From assembly GCF_963921235.1 (NCBI RefSeq), contig NC_086097.1, forward strand, positions 240,376,001-240,440,000: a DNA stretch of 64,000 nt. The letters are read 5' to 3'. The DNA comes from Mobula hypostoma (taxonomy: Eukaryota). This document shows, piece by piece, positions 36,821-49,535 of the stretch. The position numbers and the translations under genes are program-made. The notes below the pieces were generated by a model, which had not been told where the DNA came from, ran no database searches, and worked only from the letters and a program-made list of their open reading frames with translations. Each line of letters begins with the position of its first letter. Position 1 is the first letter of the stretch.

Positions 36821-38742
36821 TAATCTCTGAAGAGTATTGATAATGGCTGGGGTCACCCAGCCTGCGAAGCCACTGCTCAGAAGAAGGCAATGGTTAAATC
36901 ACTTCTGCAGAAAAATTTGCCTAGAGCAATCACGGTTATGGAAAGACCATGAACACCCACGTCATATGGCATGACAGGTAACAAATGAATGAACAGATCA
37001 CAATGGGAGAAGCAGAGTTTTCGTTTCAGGTCATGACTCATCTTCAGCTACAAGTATGACTGATCCACCCTCACAGATCTAAGTCAAGGGTTTATTGACA
37101 ATTACTGTGAATTACGATACTTGCTTCTGCACAGAGTTATTTACAGGGCTTTTTTTAAACTTTATTTATCTGGATAGATTTCCCACGGTTCAATATTCAG
37201 AGGCAAAGTGAATTTATTATCAAAGTAGGTGTATATCACTATATACTACCTGGAGATGTGTTTTCTTGCAGGCATTTGCCGTCGAACAGAGGAATACAAT
37301 AGAATCAATGAAAAACTACACGCAAAGACTGACAAATTATCAATGTTCAAAAGAACACCAACTGTGCAAAAATAAAGTGTAGAAATAATACTGCAAACGT
37401 GAGTTGTAGACTCGCTGAAAGTCGGTCTATAGGCTGAGGAATCCGTTCAGAGACGAGGTGATTGAAATTACCCATGGTGGGTCACCAGCCTGATGGTTGA
37501 AGGGTAATAACTGTTCCTTATACCTGGTGTTATGGGATCTCAGGCTCCTGTACCTCCTTCCTGTTGGCAGCAGCAGGTAGACCTCATGGACTGCAATAAC
37601 ATTACAATCAGACCTCAATAAAGGTGCTTGTAAGACTTCAGCACTAAAGGAAACATTTAAAAAGAGAAAACATGGTAAATTATTCTTCCAGACCACCTTT
37701 CACAGGAGCTCTGGGAAAGAGAGAGTGTAACTTGCCAGTCATGGCAATTGCTAACTCATTAAAATCAATATCAGGGATTGATTTAAAAGCTCTCCAAATC
37801 CAATAACTCAAGGAATTGAAGTAATACAAGGTAAAGAAAGGCATGTCAGAGAGATAAGTAGACACTGGTGCAAGACTAAATGCTCTTATCATTGCAATAT
37901 CTTTGAGTACATCTGCCTACCTAGGCAATAACTGAAAACAAAAACCTTGAAGTCAGTAAAGACTTGAAGTCAGCAAAAAAACTTGCATGCATAACTGTGT
38001 TCCCCTTTTTGCAGTAAAGGTAAGATGCTCTAAGTGTTAATCTAGAGGACTGTTGGTATTGCTGCCTTCTGACTGTGATGATTGTCTATCGTGTCTGACT
38101 ATGACTGGAAACCTGTCTGGGAAAGTTTTTAAAGTGGAAAAGCGGCTGCACCGGGGCAGTCCCACTCTCTCGATCTCAGAAGTCCAGATCCTGTGGTAAG
38201 AACAAGCTTCACAGCCTGATGTCTTTCTTGGTTGCAGTGGATGACCATGACGTCTTCTGTGCCTCGTCATGCCCTTCGCTCTCCACGGACCATTGCATTT
38301 TCTTGGCTGTTTGATCTCCCTGCAGATCTCACCCGCCCAGCTCACTGAAGCCACCTTCGCCTGCAAGGACCAGCACATCCCTATCTCACCAGTCCCGCCA
38401 GCTACCCTCATCTGATTTAGGCCGCCAGTTGAAGAATCGGGGCAATTTACTAAACCAACCAATCTGCTAGAGTTTTCAGAATCAAGCAGATGGACCAATC
38501 AGCACAGTTTGCTCTACCTTCTCACTGGAGGACAACGGGAACAGGACTAAACTATTTGTGTAACAAGTACCAAAAGCTGGAGGAACTCAGCAGGTCAGAC
38601 AGGATCTATGGAAAGGAATAAAGAGTTGATATTTCAGGTCGAGGCCCCTCATAAGTAGTTTTGTGTTTGCACGAGAGTCGCCGATGACAGCCAATAGATT
38701 CCTGAAGTTTCTCTGTACTCTCCTTGCATCTGCTCACTTTAG

Positions 38743-38850
38743 CACTGCCTTCCTCTTCCTGGCCCTGAAGCCTTTGGACGGGTAAAATCTGCTGGGCTAC
38801 CCTTTGGGTGTTCGTCATTAGTGGTACTGGGAGTTTGTTCTCCTGGGCAG
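38743..38850 (+). CDS. Candidate 108-nt exon (HCLPLPGPEAFGRVKSAGLPFGCSSLVVLGVCSPGQ)
   Basis: ctgctcactttag acceptor, CAG|gtgagg donor, only phase 0 is open. Confidence 0.3.
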
Positions 38851-39149
38851 GTGAGGAGTAAAATTTATAATTCAGTTTCCAAGAAATACAGCTGACTGGC
38901 AGAAGACTGTATGTGTGATATTTGTCTGTCTGTTTTATACATGAATAAGAATGAGAGAAATGCACATGTTATGTAATGTCAGCATGTTACGAGAGTTCAT
39001 CTTTGTGGCAGCATGCTCATTTTTCTTCATTCCCACCCTCCCAATGTCCATATGTACAAGAACGTCTGGAGTATATTTCTCTAAGAATGCTAAGGGAGTT
39101 ATAATTTCTGAGACTTGTCTGTTTTTGGTCATTTCCTTATATTTTCAAA

Positions 39150-40133
39150 GACACTCACAAATTTCTACAGAGGTGCGATGGAGAGCATTCTATCAGGCTG
39201 CGTCACCGTCTGGTGTGGGGGATGGTGGGGCTACTGCACAGGATTGAAGTAGGCTGCAGAGAGTTGTAAACTCAGTCAGCTCCATCATGGACACTAGCCT
39301 CCATAGTATCCAGGACAGCTTCAAGTAGCGAAGCCTTAAAAAGGTGGCGTCCATCATCAAGGACCCCCACCATCCAACCCAGGCCTTGATCTCATTGTTA
39401 CTGTCAGGAAGGAGATACAGAAGCCTGAAGGCACACACTCAAGTGTAACACGCTGTAAGGTTTCACTGCTAATTTTCCACTGCTGAGGTAATGGTTTCTC
39501 TGTAGAAGCAATGTTTGGGTTATGACTAGAGATAACGGGGCATGCTAGCCAATGAGCAGGATGTTGTTCTTTCTTGTGTGTCTGGGAGCCCGGAATTCAC
39601 GGGACTTGTGCCAGGGATAGATGAGGACAGAAGTCACGAACGGAGAGAGTTGGTAGACCGCTGGACGGAGTGGACTTGGAGCGAGGGTCCGAAGGTCAGC
39701 GGCGATCGGAGGAGGTCGATGGTGGACAAACGGCTTATCAGTGAGCTCCAACCTTGCACGTTAGACTTGTTTCATGAGAATAGGCCCTTTTTCTATTTTG
39801 TTTTCTTTACCAACCATATAGTCAAATTAAGAATTATAAATCTCAATCACTTAATTGCTTATTGTGTTCTGTTTGTTATTTCGTGGTACCGATTTGTAAC
39901 AGGGGACACATCACACAGCATCCACCCAAACAAGATTTCTTAGGTTTGGCCGGACTAGGGGCTATCATCCCCTGTATTAAGCCGCTAGCCGAAGCAAGAG
40001 TTACACAATGATTCAGGAACATCTTCTTCCCTCTGCCATCCGATTTCTGAATAGACATTAAACCTATGAACACTACCTCACTATTTTGCTATTTCTATTT
40101 TTGCACTATTTTGCACTACTTATTTAACATAAC

Positions 40134-40135
<2 letters not shown>
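39150..40135 (+). mobile_element. Rex1/Babar 3' fragment split by a solo LTR
   Basis: Similar to 36250-36600; split at gcacacactcaa|gattcaggaac. Confidence 0.8.
39444..40005 (+). mobile_element. Solo LTR (562 bp)
   Basis: TGTAAC...GTTACA inverted termini; flanks CAAG/CAAT; interrupts a Rex1 precisely; orientation is inferred. Confidence 0.8.
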
Positions 40136-40176
<41 letters not shown>

Positions 40177-40410
40177 TGAGGGGTGATTGATAGGTTTGTG
40201 GCCTAAGGTAGAAGGAGTCAATTTTAGAAAACCTAGCACGTTTATTTTTCAACATAGTCCCCTCCTACATTTACACACTTAGTCCAGCGGTCGTGGAGCA
40301 TACGGATCTTGGACCTCCAGAAAGTCCCCACAGCAGGGGTGATTGATAAGTTCGTGGCCTAAGGTAGAAGGAGATGAGTTATACAGCTCCCGTTACATGC
40401 ACATGCATTT
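40177..40410. mobile_element. Mariner-like non-autonomous fragment next to a (TA)n(CA)n run
   Basis: GAGGGGTGATTGATAAGTT-type end, repeated directly at 40179 and 40335; mariner-like tttatttttcaacatagtcccc. Confidence 0.6.
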
Positions 40411-41689
40411 TATTAATCATTACAGACTGTCCCTCTGGTACCTCTCATTCCCTTCCCTCTCCCTTTCCTTTTCCTAATTATGATCCCCCTCTGCCTGCCT
40501 CCTTTCCACTCTCAGTCCACAGTGGAGATCCATTCTACAATCAGGTTTATCATTACTAACGTTCGTCATGACATTCTTTTTTTTTTGTGGCAGCAATACA
40601 ATGCAATTCAGAAAATTACTTCCGTACTGTGCAAAAGTCAATACAATGCAATTCAGAAAATTACTTCCGTACTGTGCAAAAGTCTTAAGCATCTCTGATA
40701 TATATGTACTTTGAACTTTTATTTGTCCATTGTCTTAAACTGAAGACCATGCATTTTTTCCCTTTGTGTTATGATGAATGACAAAGAAATCGAGGGACTC
40801 GTCCAGCTGGTGGAAAGCATGTGTATTTGTAGATGGATGAACTTGGATTAAATAATATATGGAGGATTTTGAGAAAATAGGAATAATTCATCCACACTGT
40901 ATGGGAACTGAAGATGTCAATTAGCTTGTAATCGTGAAAGTCTCTTAGGAAAATCAAATGTATCTGATCATTCACATTATATGCACATAATTTAAAAAGA
41001 GAAACAAAAATACCTCCTGATTTATTTACATACATATCAAGGTAATACACTAGACAATTGTTTCAGATGGTATTATCAGATGATTAATGAAAGATCTGTA
41101 TGCTTTATAACTTTCTGGAATAATCTAGAAGTTAACTAAGACTATGATAAATTATGTGATGCCAATAATATTTTCCTTAAATTTGATTAAAGAATGAAAA
41201 TGGACTACATGTCATATCTCATCTGAAAGATGATGCCATTTCTTTGCATCATTGAAATGGCATTGTCTGAAGTGTTGCATGGTACAATACTGAAACTGGT
41301 TAGCACTATCTATGATTAAGCACTTCAGGGTTAGGCTACATACATCGAATAACCTTTCTTCCAAATGTGTTCCAGCCTCTATTAATGACATTTGTTTCAT
41401 CTAAATTATTATTGCTTGAAAGCCATTGCTAATCACATTACAACAGACGTACGGCATTTTTGTGCTTGTTTCTTAGAAATGATTGCAGTAATCCTAGCGT
41501 ACCCTGATTGATGCAGAAGTCTGGTAAGCAAGAATGTCCCCTGATTTTAATTTTGGTTCTGGTCACAATAGATTCACTATTTGCTCAACGCTCTGTAATA
41601 GAGCCCCTCTCGTAGAAGGTAATCTATTCATCCACATTAATGCACCAACCAGACCACTGTGGGGAGAGTTAGATGATGCGCACAAGAGG

Positions 41690-42230
41690 TACTGCCAATG
41701 CTGGAAATTAGAGCAATACACACAATGTGCTGGAGGAGCTCAGCAGGTCAGGCGGCATCTATGGATGGGAATAAATAGTCGATGTTTCGGGCCGAGACCG
41801 TTCATCAGGACTGAAAAGGAAGGGGGGAGAAGTCAGAGTAAGGTTGGTGGAGGGGAGGAAGAAGTTCAAGGTGGTAGGTGATAGGTGAAACTGGGAGGGG
41901 GAGAGATTAAGTAAAGAGCTTGGAAGTTGATTGGAGGAAGAGATAAAGGGCTGGAGAAGGGGGAATCTGAAAGGAGAGGACAGAAGATCATGGAAGAAAG
42001 GGAAGTGGGAAGAGCACCAGAGGGAGGTGATGGGCAGGTAAGGAGATGAGATGTGAGAGGGAAACAAGAACGGTGGTTGGTGAAGGAGAGGAGGGGAGAC
42101 GATTTCCGGAAATTCGAGAAATTGATGTTCATGCCATCAGGTTGGAAGCTACCCAAATGGAATACAAGGTGTTGCTCCTCCAATGTGAGAGTGGCCTCAT
42201 TGTGGTAGTAGAGGAGGCCATGGACTGACT
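41690..42230 (-). mobile_element. Penelope-like 3' fragment
   Basis: VHGLLYYHNEATLTLEEQHLVF; hammerhead at 41776-41813 (CUGAUGA...GAAAC-AUC). Confidence 0.85.
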
Positions 42231-42407
42231 TGTTGCAAGTTAGATGATGTTTTCCTTCACAAACTGATTTTAATCTCAAAAAGTGTAATTATTTTTGGAT
42301 GGGATGTTTACAAATCATTTAGAAGATAATTAATGTGGGTATATATTTTTTCTTCTTTATTTTAAATCAATTAATCTGTCGGAGAAAGAGTTTGAAATCA
42401 TTTCCAA

Positions 42408-42996
42408 GCACAGGGCAGTGTAGTGGTCAGAACAACACTTTACAGCAGGGGTCCCCAAACTTTTTTGCACGGTGGACCGATTTATTATTGACAATATTCT
42501 TGAGGATCAGCCGACCGGGCGAGGGGGGGGGGGGCCAGCGGACAACAGTAGCAGTCAAATACGTTGTGTTTACCCCGAGAAAAACTACCATAACCATGAA
42601 GCCTTGCGCGGGCACCAGTGCGCATGCACGCGTTCAAGTTCACCAGTGAATGAGGAAAGGTGCAGCTGACTCATATCGCCAAATCATATCATTTCCTCGC
42701 AGCCCAGTAGCACGTGCTTTGCGGCCCGGTGGTTGGGGACCGCTGCTTTACAGTACCAGCGACCCGGGTTCAATTCCTGCCACTGTCCGTAAGGAGCTTG
42801 TGCGTTCTCCCTGTGAACACGTGGGTTTCCTCCAGGTGCTCTGGTTTCCTCCCACAGTCCAAGGACGTACTGGTTCATAGGTTGATTGGTCATTGTAAAT
42901 TGTCCTGTGATTAGGCTAGTGTTAAGTTGGGGTTGCTGGGCAGCACGGCTCGAAGGGTTGGAGTGGTCTATCATGCACTGGATCTCAATAAATAAC
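42408..42996 (+). mobile_element. tRNA-derived V-SINE (HE1-like) split by a hAT MITE
   Basis: A box gcagtgtagtgg, B box ggttcaattcc, V-domain gtgggtttcctccaggtgctctggtttcctcccaca, AAAT tail. Confidence 0.85.
42446..42745. mobile_element. hAT (Charlie-like) MITE, 300 bp
   Basis: TIR CAGGGGTCCCCAA / TTGGGGACCGCTG; perfect 8-bp TSD CTTTACAG. Confidence 0.92.
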
Positions 42997-43649
42997 GAAT
43001 TTCCAGAGTGACACACACAAAGCAGGTCAAGCTGTTTATTGAAATACTTTAAAATACTGTCTATTATGCAGTTAAAAGCTTGGGACAGAATGGTGTGCTT
43101 TCACCTTTCAATCCTTGGTTCAAATCTGGCTCAGGACATCAGGCCTGTTTCTGTGTTGTACTTTCCCATAACTCTATAAAGAGGAATTACCATAAACCGT
43201 CACACGTAACTGCGGCATTAGGTCATTTAACCCATTGCAGCTGCTCTGCCATCCCATCATGGCTGAAAGAAAGGAAATTATAGGCCTGCAGCCTAACCTC
43301 AGTGGTTGGGAAAGGGACGGAGTTCATCATTAAGGGTGAGGTTTCAGGGTACTTGGAAACTAATGAAAAAATAAGCCAATGTCAGGAGGAGGCCACCTCC
43401 GTAAGCCACTGTTTTTTTAAGATGTTCCTGATGTGGGGAGGCATTGCCCATGATGCAGCCAGCTGTGTCTACAACCCTCCGCAGCATTTTCCAATCCTGT
43501 GCCGTGGTGTTTCCATACCAGATGGTGATGCAATCAGTCAAAATGCTCTCCACAGTACATCTGTAGAAATTTACTAGAGTCTTTGGTGACATACCACATC
43601 TCTTCAAACTCTGGATTTTGCATGTTTCAATCAAGTCTGTTCTCTCTTC

Positions 43650-45420
43650 AGTATCAGCAAGATGAAGGAGCTGATTATGAAGCTAAAACTATCAATTTTC
43701 ACTTTAAATATACCCACGGTCTTGGCTTCCACAGCTGTCTGAGGCAGAGCATTCCACAGATTCACTACTCTCTGGCTAAAAAGATTCCACCTTACCTCTG
43801 TTCTAAAAGGTAGTTTTTCAACTTTGAAGCTGTGCCCTCTAGTTCTGGATACCCCAACCACAGGAAATATCCTCTCCACATCCACCTTATCTAGTTCTTT
43901 CAATATTCAGTAGGTTTCAATGAGACCCCCACATATTCTCCTAAATTCCAGTAAGTACAGACACAAAGCTGCCAAACATTTCTCATATGTGAACCCCTCC
44001 ACTCTTGGAATATCCTCGTGAACCTCCTCTGGACTCTCTCCAATGACAGCACTTCTTTTCCGAGATATGGGGTGCAAAAATGTTGATAATACTCCAAGTA
44101 CAGCCAAACAGTGACTTATAAGGCCTCAGTGTTATCTCCTTGCTTTTAAATTCTATTCCCCTTGGAATAAATGCCAACATTGCTTGTGCCTTCTTTATGA
44201 CAGACTCAACCTGTAAATTAACCTTCTGGGAGTCTTGCACAAAGAATCTTAAGTCCCTCTGTACCTCTGATGTGTAAATTTTCTCCCCATTTAGATAATA
44301 GTCCACACTATTGTCCCTTTTACCAAAATGTATTATCATACATTTCCCAACACTGTGTTCCATCTGACACTTTTTGCCCATTCTTCCAATTCGTCCAAAT
44401 CTTTTTGCAATCGCGTTGCTTCCTCAACACTACCTTTCCCTTCGCCCATCTTCGTATCATCTGAAAACTCTGCCACAAAGCTAAGAATCTCATTATCTAA
44501 ATCACTGATAAACAATGTGAAAAGTAATGGTCCCAATACTGACCCCTGAGGAATACCACTAGTCACTGCAGCCAACCAGAAAAGTCTCTCTTTATTCCCA
44601 CTCACTGCTTCCTGGCTGTCAGCCATTTCCTCTATCCATGCCAGTATCTTTCCTGCAGTGCTGCCTAACAAGATTTCATCTTATTAAACAGGCCCATGTG
44701 TGGCACCTTATCAAATGTCTTCTAAAAATCCAAGTAAATGACATCCACTACCTCTCCTTTGTCCACCCTGCTTGTTCCTCAAAGAATTCTAACAGATTTG
44801 TAAGGCAAGATTTCCCTTCACAAAAATCATGCTGACTTTGACTTATTTTATCATTAGTCTCCAAGTACCCTGATACCTCACCCTTAATAATAGACTCCAA
44901 CACTTTCCCAACCACTGAGGTTAGGCTAACTGGCCTATGATTTCATTTCTTTTCCCTTCCTCCCTTCTTAAAGAGTGGAGTGACATTTGCAAACTTCCAG
45001 CCCTCTGGGACCATGACGGAATCAACTGATTCTTGAAAGATCATGACCAATGCATCCATTATCTTTTCAGCAACCTCTCTCAGGACTCTGGGATGTAGTC
45101 CATCTGGCCCAGGTGACTTACCCACCTTAAAACCTTTGAGTTTGCCTGGCACTTTTTTCTTTGTAACAGCAATGGCACTCACCCCTGCTTCCTGAAACTC
45201 ACAGACCTCTGGCACACTGCTAGTGTCATCCATAGTGAAGACAGATGCAAAGTACCCATTAAGTTCATCTGCCATTTCTTTGTCCCTCATTACTATTTCA
45301 GCAGGATCATCTGACCTCCCACTCACTTTTGCTACCTTATATGCCCTTTCCTTGGTTTTTGTGCAGTCCTTAACTTCCCTTGTCAGCCATGGTTGACTAC
45401 TCCTGCCATTTAAGAACCCC
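43650..45420 (-). mobile_element. Degraded CR1 ORF2
   Basis: [37 protein letters not shown] fragments. Confidence 0.9.
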
Positions 45421-45644
45421 ATCAATCCAGGTCATGTCCCCTTCTTATTAGTACCATCAGGGAAGACGTATAGATACCTGTAGAACCAGGAGCAGCTTCT
45501 TCCCCTCCACCAACAGATTTATGAATGGTCCATCAGCCCATAAACACTACCTTACCACTTTGTTCTCTTTTTCCACTACATATTTAATTTTTATATTGCT
45601 TTTTGTAACTTACAGTCATTTGTTACGTATTGCACTATATTGTT

Positions 45645-45945
45645 GGGTGGCAGCGAGGTGATATGTCTCTACCAAAGAAGGTGTAAGGTGCTCCTTCCCT
45701 CCACTAGCCTGCAGGTCACCCTGGGCAAGGTGCAGCCTTGCTTAGTTCCCCGATCATGGTCATGTGAAGCCATGGGAGCAGGCGGTGGATGGTCATATGA
45801 GCAGCTCGTGCATTTCACAAATCCTGGTTATGCAGCCGTTGGCGCCAGGCAGACAGCCTCAGGAGAAACAATAATGGCTGGGGTTACCCATCTTGTAAAG
45901 ACACTGCTCAGAAGGCGGCAATGGCAAACCACTTCTTCAGAAAGA
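45645..45945 (+). mobile_element. Non-autonomous RTE/BovB-related element (also at 33042-34328 and 35905-36995, both split, and a minus-strand tail near 28930-29060)
   Basis: Repeated ccactagcctgcaggtcacc...; 3' motif gaaggc(gg)caatggcaaaccact resembles the Bov-A/BovB motif GAAGGCAATGGCA.CCCACTCC. Confidence 0.55.
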
Positions 45946-45956
45946 CCATATCATAG

Positions 45957-46273
45957 TGCAGGCATCCGTCAGCCTTGTGAGACCATGGATCTGCGCCTGG
46001 AAAGTCTTCACTCTCCAGGGCGCAGGACTGGGCGAGGTTGTATGGAAGACCAGCAGTCGCCCATGCTGCAAGTCTCACCTCTCCACGACATCAATGTTGT
46101 CGAAGGGAAGGGCATTAGGACCCATACAGCTTGGCACCAGTGTCATCGCAGAGCAATGTGTGATTAAGTACCTTGCTCAAGGACACAACACGTTGCCTCT
46201 GCTGGGGCTCGAACTCACGACCTTCAGGTTGCTAGTCCAATGCCTTAACCACTTGGCCACATGCCCACACTGC
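45957..46273 (-). mobile_element. tRNA-derived CORE-like SINE
   Basis: tggccaagtggttaagg A box, gttcgagccc B box, gtgtccttgagcaagg CORE-like segment; TSD CCATATCA(T/C)AG. Confidence 0.85.
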
Positions 46274-47709
46274 CCATATCACAGACAGAACACATAATGA
46301 GCGAACTGTACTGTCACTGTAAAGCAACAAATTTCACAACTTATGCCAGTACTAATAAACCTGGTTCTGATTCTGATTCTGTTTCCTCGCTCACTAGAAG
46401 GGACAAAGGCAGCAACAATATGGGAACACCATGACTTATGATCTTGCCTCATTCATATAGTTTCAATCATGATATTTTCCAGGCCAATGTTATTTGACAT
46501 GATTCTCTGTCACAAGGAGCTGGATGAGGCACAACTGGAATGAAGAGTTAAACAAATCCCAATAGTTGGAATTTGATCAAAGAGGAAAGCGAATTCTAAA
46601 ACCCAGTTCAAAAAGATTTGAGTCAGTCACCAGGGATTCAATATCCAAATATCTAACATATATGTTCTTGGGATCGCTTCAGTTCTTCTTAAGCTTGTAC
46701 ATAGGAACAAATGTTAAAATAGCAATTAAATAAATATTTATCTTGCATTTAAAAAGTTTATTTTTAGTTTCAGACCTCAGTGTCTATATTATGTGTGAAC
46801 TTGTAGACTTCTTGCGTGGCCCAGAGTCCATGTTTGCATTAAGAATTTCCAGATGCTTGTGCACACTGCCAGTTCTTGACCATTGAAAGCTTGAACATTC
46901 CATGCACACCACCAGTGAGACTGCACATTTGCTGGATTGCAGACTCCAGCCTAGAAATAGTTTTGAAGGAAAAGTATCTATCAAAATACATTTTGATACT
47001 TGCACTTATATCAGTTGGAATTGATTGCTATTCCATGGAATCCATGGAATTCCATGGAATTGAAAAAAGATTTGATCAGGATTTGATCAAGATTGTGACC
47101 ATCGACCATTGATCATTTTCCTTGTGTCTTAAGAGAAGAAAGGTCAGCTTTAATTGTCACATGCACTTCGAAACATTGAAACATGCAGTGAAATGCGTCA
47201 CTTCTGTCAATGACCAAAACAGTACGAATACGTGCTAGGGGCACCTCACAAGTGTCCTCATACTGCTGGCGCCAACATCACATGCCCACAACTTACTAAA
47301 CCTAACTGAACGTCTTTGAAAAGTCCAAAGACTGTCCAAAGACATACAGGTTAGTAAGTAAATTAGTCATTGCAGATTGTCCTGTGATTAGGCTAGGGTT
47401 AAGCCAAGGGTTGTTGGGGGATGCAGGGTGGAATAGCTTGAAGGACTGGAAGGTCTGTTCCACGCAGTTTCTCCAAATAAAGAAATAAATTTTAAACACC
47501 TATGTAATTTAAAGTTCTTCCTCATTCCTGTTCCACACTCTCACCACTCTCTCTGTAAACAAAGAAACCTACCTCTAACATCCTCCCCCATACTTCCCTC
47601 CAATTCCCTAAACTCCCTTAAAGTTATTCATCACCCCTTTAATTGGCCGTTTCTGCCCTCGGAAAAATGTTTCCTGTTATCCAGTTAATCTATGCCCCTT
47701 ATCATCTTG

Positions 47710-48285
47710 TAGTGGTCAAAAGGTATCAAAGGGTAGAGGATTACTCCCAGTACATCATGGATAAAACCCTCCCAACCATTAAGCATATCTACATGAAATA
47801 CTGTCTTTGGAAAGCAGTACCCAAGCTCTTTACTCGCTGCTGCCATTAAGAAAAGGTACAAGAGCCTCAGGACTCACACCACCAAGTTCAAGAACAGTTA
47901 CTACCCCCTCAACCATAAGGCCCTTGGACAAAGGGGATAACTACACTCATTTAAGGACTCTTTTATCTTGTTATTTCATACTCGTTATTTATTGCTATTT
48001 ATTTCCATCAGCATTTGCAGAGTTTGTTTACAGTTACTGTTACATGGAAAATAGGTGCAGGAGTAGGCCATTCGGCCCTTCGAGAGTGCACTGCCATTCA
48101 GTATGATCATGGCTAATCATCCAACTCAGAACCCTGTACCTGCCTTCCCTCCATACCCGCTGATCCCTTTAGCCCTTTAGAAAATTGTATAGATTTTCTA
48201 AGTATGCCCTTAGAAAAAGAATTTTGGCATTGTGTGTGGTGACATGTATGTACTCTGATAATAAATCTTACTTTGAACTATGAAT
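47710..48285 (+). mobile_element. Rex1-like 3' fragment containing a minus-strand young CR1 tail (about 48041-48180)
   Basis: Rex1 C-terminal remnant; insert matches 640-775. Confidence 0.7.
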
Positions 48286-49215
48286 CTTGTACACCTAATG
48301 ATTATCATAGTGCCGCCTTAACTCAACCGCTGATTGTCAAGATCTCATCATTTCTGGGCAAGGTTCTGGTGTGAAATTCACAATAGTGATTTCAACAATA
48401 ATGTAATAACCACCTTTGGCCTTCCGCTATGATTTTCAGTTTTGTGGGCTTAACAGACAGTAGTCATTATTTAATACCAGTTTTTCTAACCCTGTTTCTC
48501 AATGAAACTGTGCGATATAAAGGGCTGATGTTCAGACTTCATGCATTGCGTGAGTGATTCACAACATTCTGCATCCTCACTTCTTACTCTGTGCACTGGC
48601 CATACTGAATGCTAAGCCTTCTTTTTGCCTTCAGTTGCAGTTCTGTACTTAGCACACACAAAATGTAAGTGGCATAGCTGAAGACAACTCAAACCCGTCC
48701 AACCACATGCAAGGCACAAACTGGGATGAAATGCTGCTTTTCTGGATGAGTTCAAGTCTAACAGCACTCAAGAACTTCAGCACATTCCAGAGTACACAGC
48801 CCATTAGATTGGCACCTCAGCACCCACACACATTGCTTCCATCCCTTTAACTAATGGTACACAGTGTGCAGTTATTCACTCCTGTTAATCTAAAAGCGTC
48901 TTCCACAGCCTCTGCCAGCATTAACTAAGGTTTCAGGCATGGAGATTATTCCTAGAAAGTGGTGTCACATGTAGATAGGGTCGTAACGTGAGCTTTTGGC
49001 ACCTGAGCCTTCATAAATCAAAGTATTGAGTACAGGAGTTAGGGTGGTATGCTGAAGTAGTATAAGACATTGGTGAGACCCAATTTGGAGTATTATGTGC
49101 AGTTATGGTCACCTATCTACAGGAATAATGTCATTAAGTTTGAAAGGGTGCATAGAAAACTTACAGGGATGCAAACTTTAAGGTTACAAGGATGATAGAC
49201 AGGTTATCCTGTCAA

Positions 49216-49535
49216 TGTGTGTGGCCACATGGCCAAGTGGTTAAGGCATTGGACTAGCTACTTGAAGGTCGTGAGTTCGAGCCCCAGCCAAGGGAAAATG
49301 TTGTATCCTTAAGCAAGGCACTTAATCACACATTGCTCTGCGATGACACTGGTGCCAAGCTGTATCGGTCCTAATGCCCTTCCCTTGGATAACATTGGTG
49401 TCGTAGAGAGGGGAGACTTGCAGCACGGGCAACTGCTGGTCTTCCGTACAACCTTGCCCAGGCCTGCGTCCTGGAGAGTGAAGACTTTCCAGGCGCAGAT
49501 CCATGGTCTCGCAAGACTAACAGATGCCTTAATAA
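49216..49535 (+). mobile_element. tRNA-derived CORE-like SINE, same family as 45957-46273
   Basis: Perfect 11-bp TSD TATCCTGTCAA (49205-49215, 49536-49546). Confidence 0.88.

Larger units (their letters stand above)
31977..36925. repeat. Old local tandem duplication (about 31977-34328 and 34329-36925)
   Basis: The same ordered series (CR1 tail, unique block, LINE tail, RTE-like element) occurs twice with matching junctions, e.g. caacagcatcttcaaatcctc at 32584 and 34932. Confidence 0.85.

Noticed and set aside
41478..41524. Splice-flanked segments here, at about 8351-8405 (+) and at 52492-52613 (-)
   Set aside because: Stops in all three frames; they show that pseudo-exon signals are common in this window.
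47031..47061. Triple TCCATGGAA palindromic repeat
   Set aside because: Too short; consistent with ordinary slippage.
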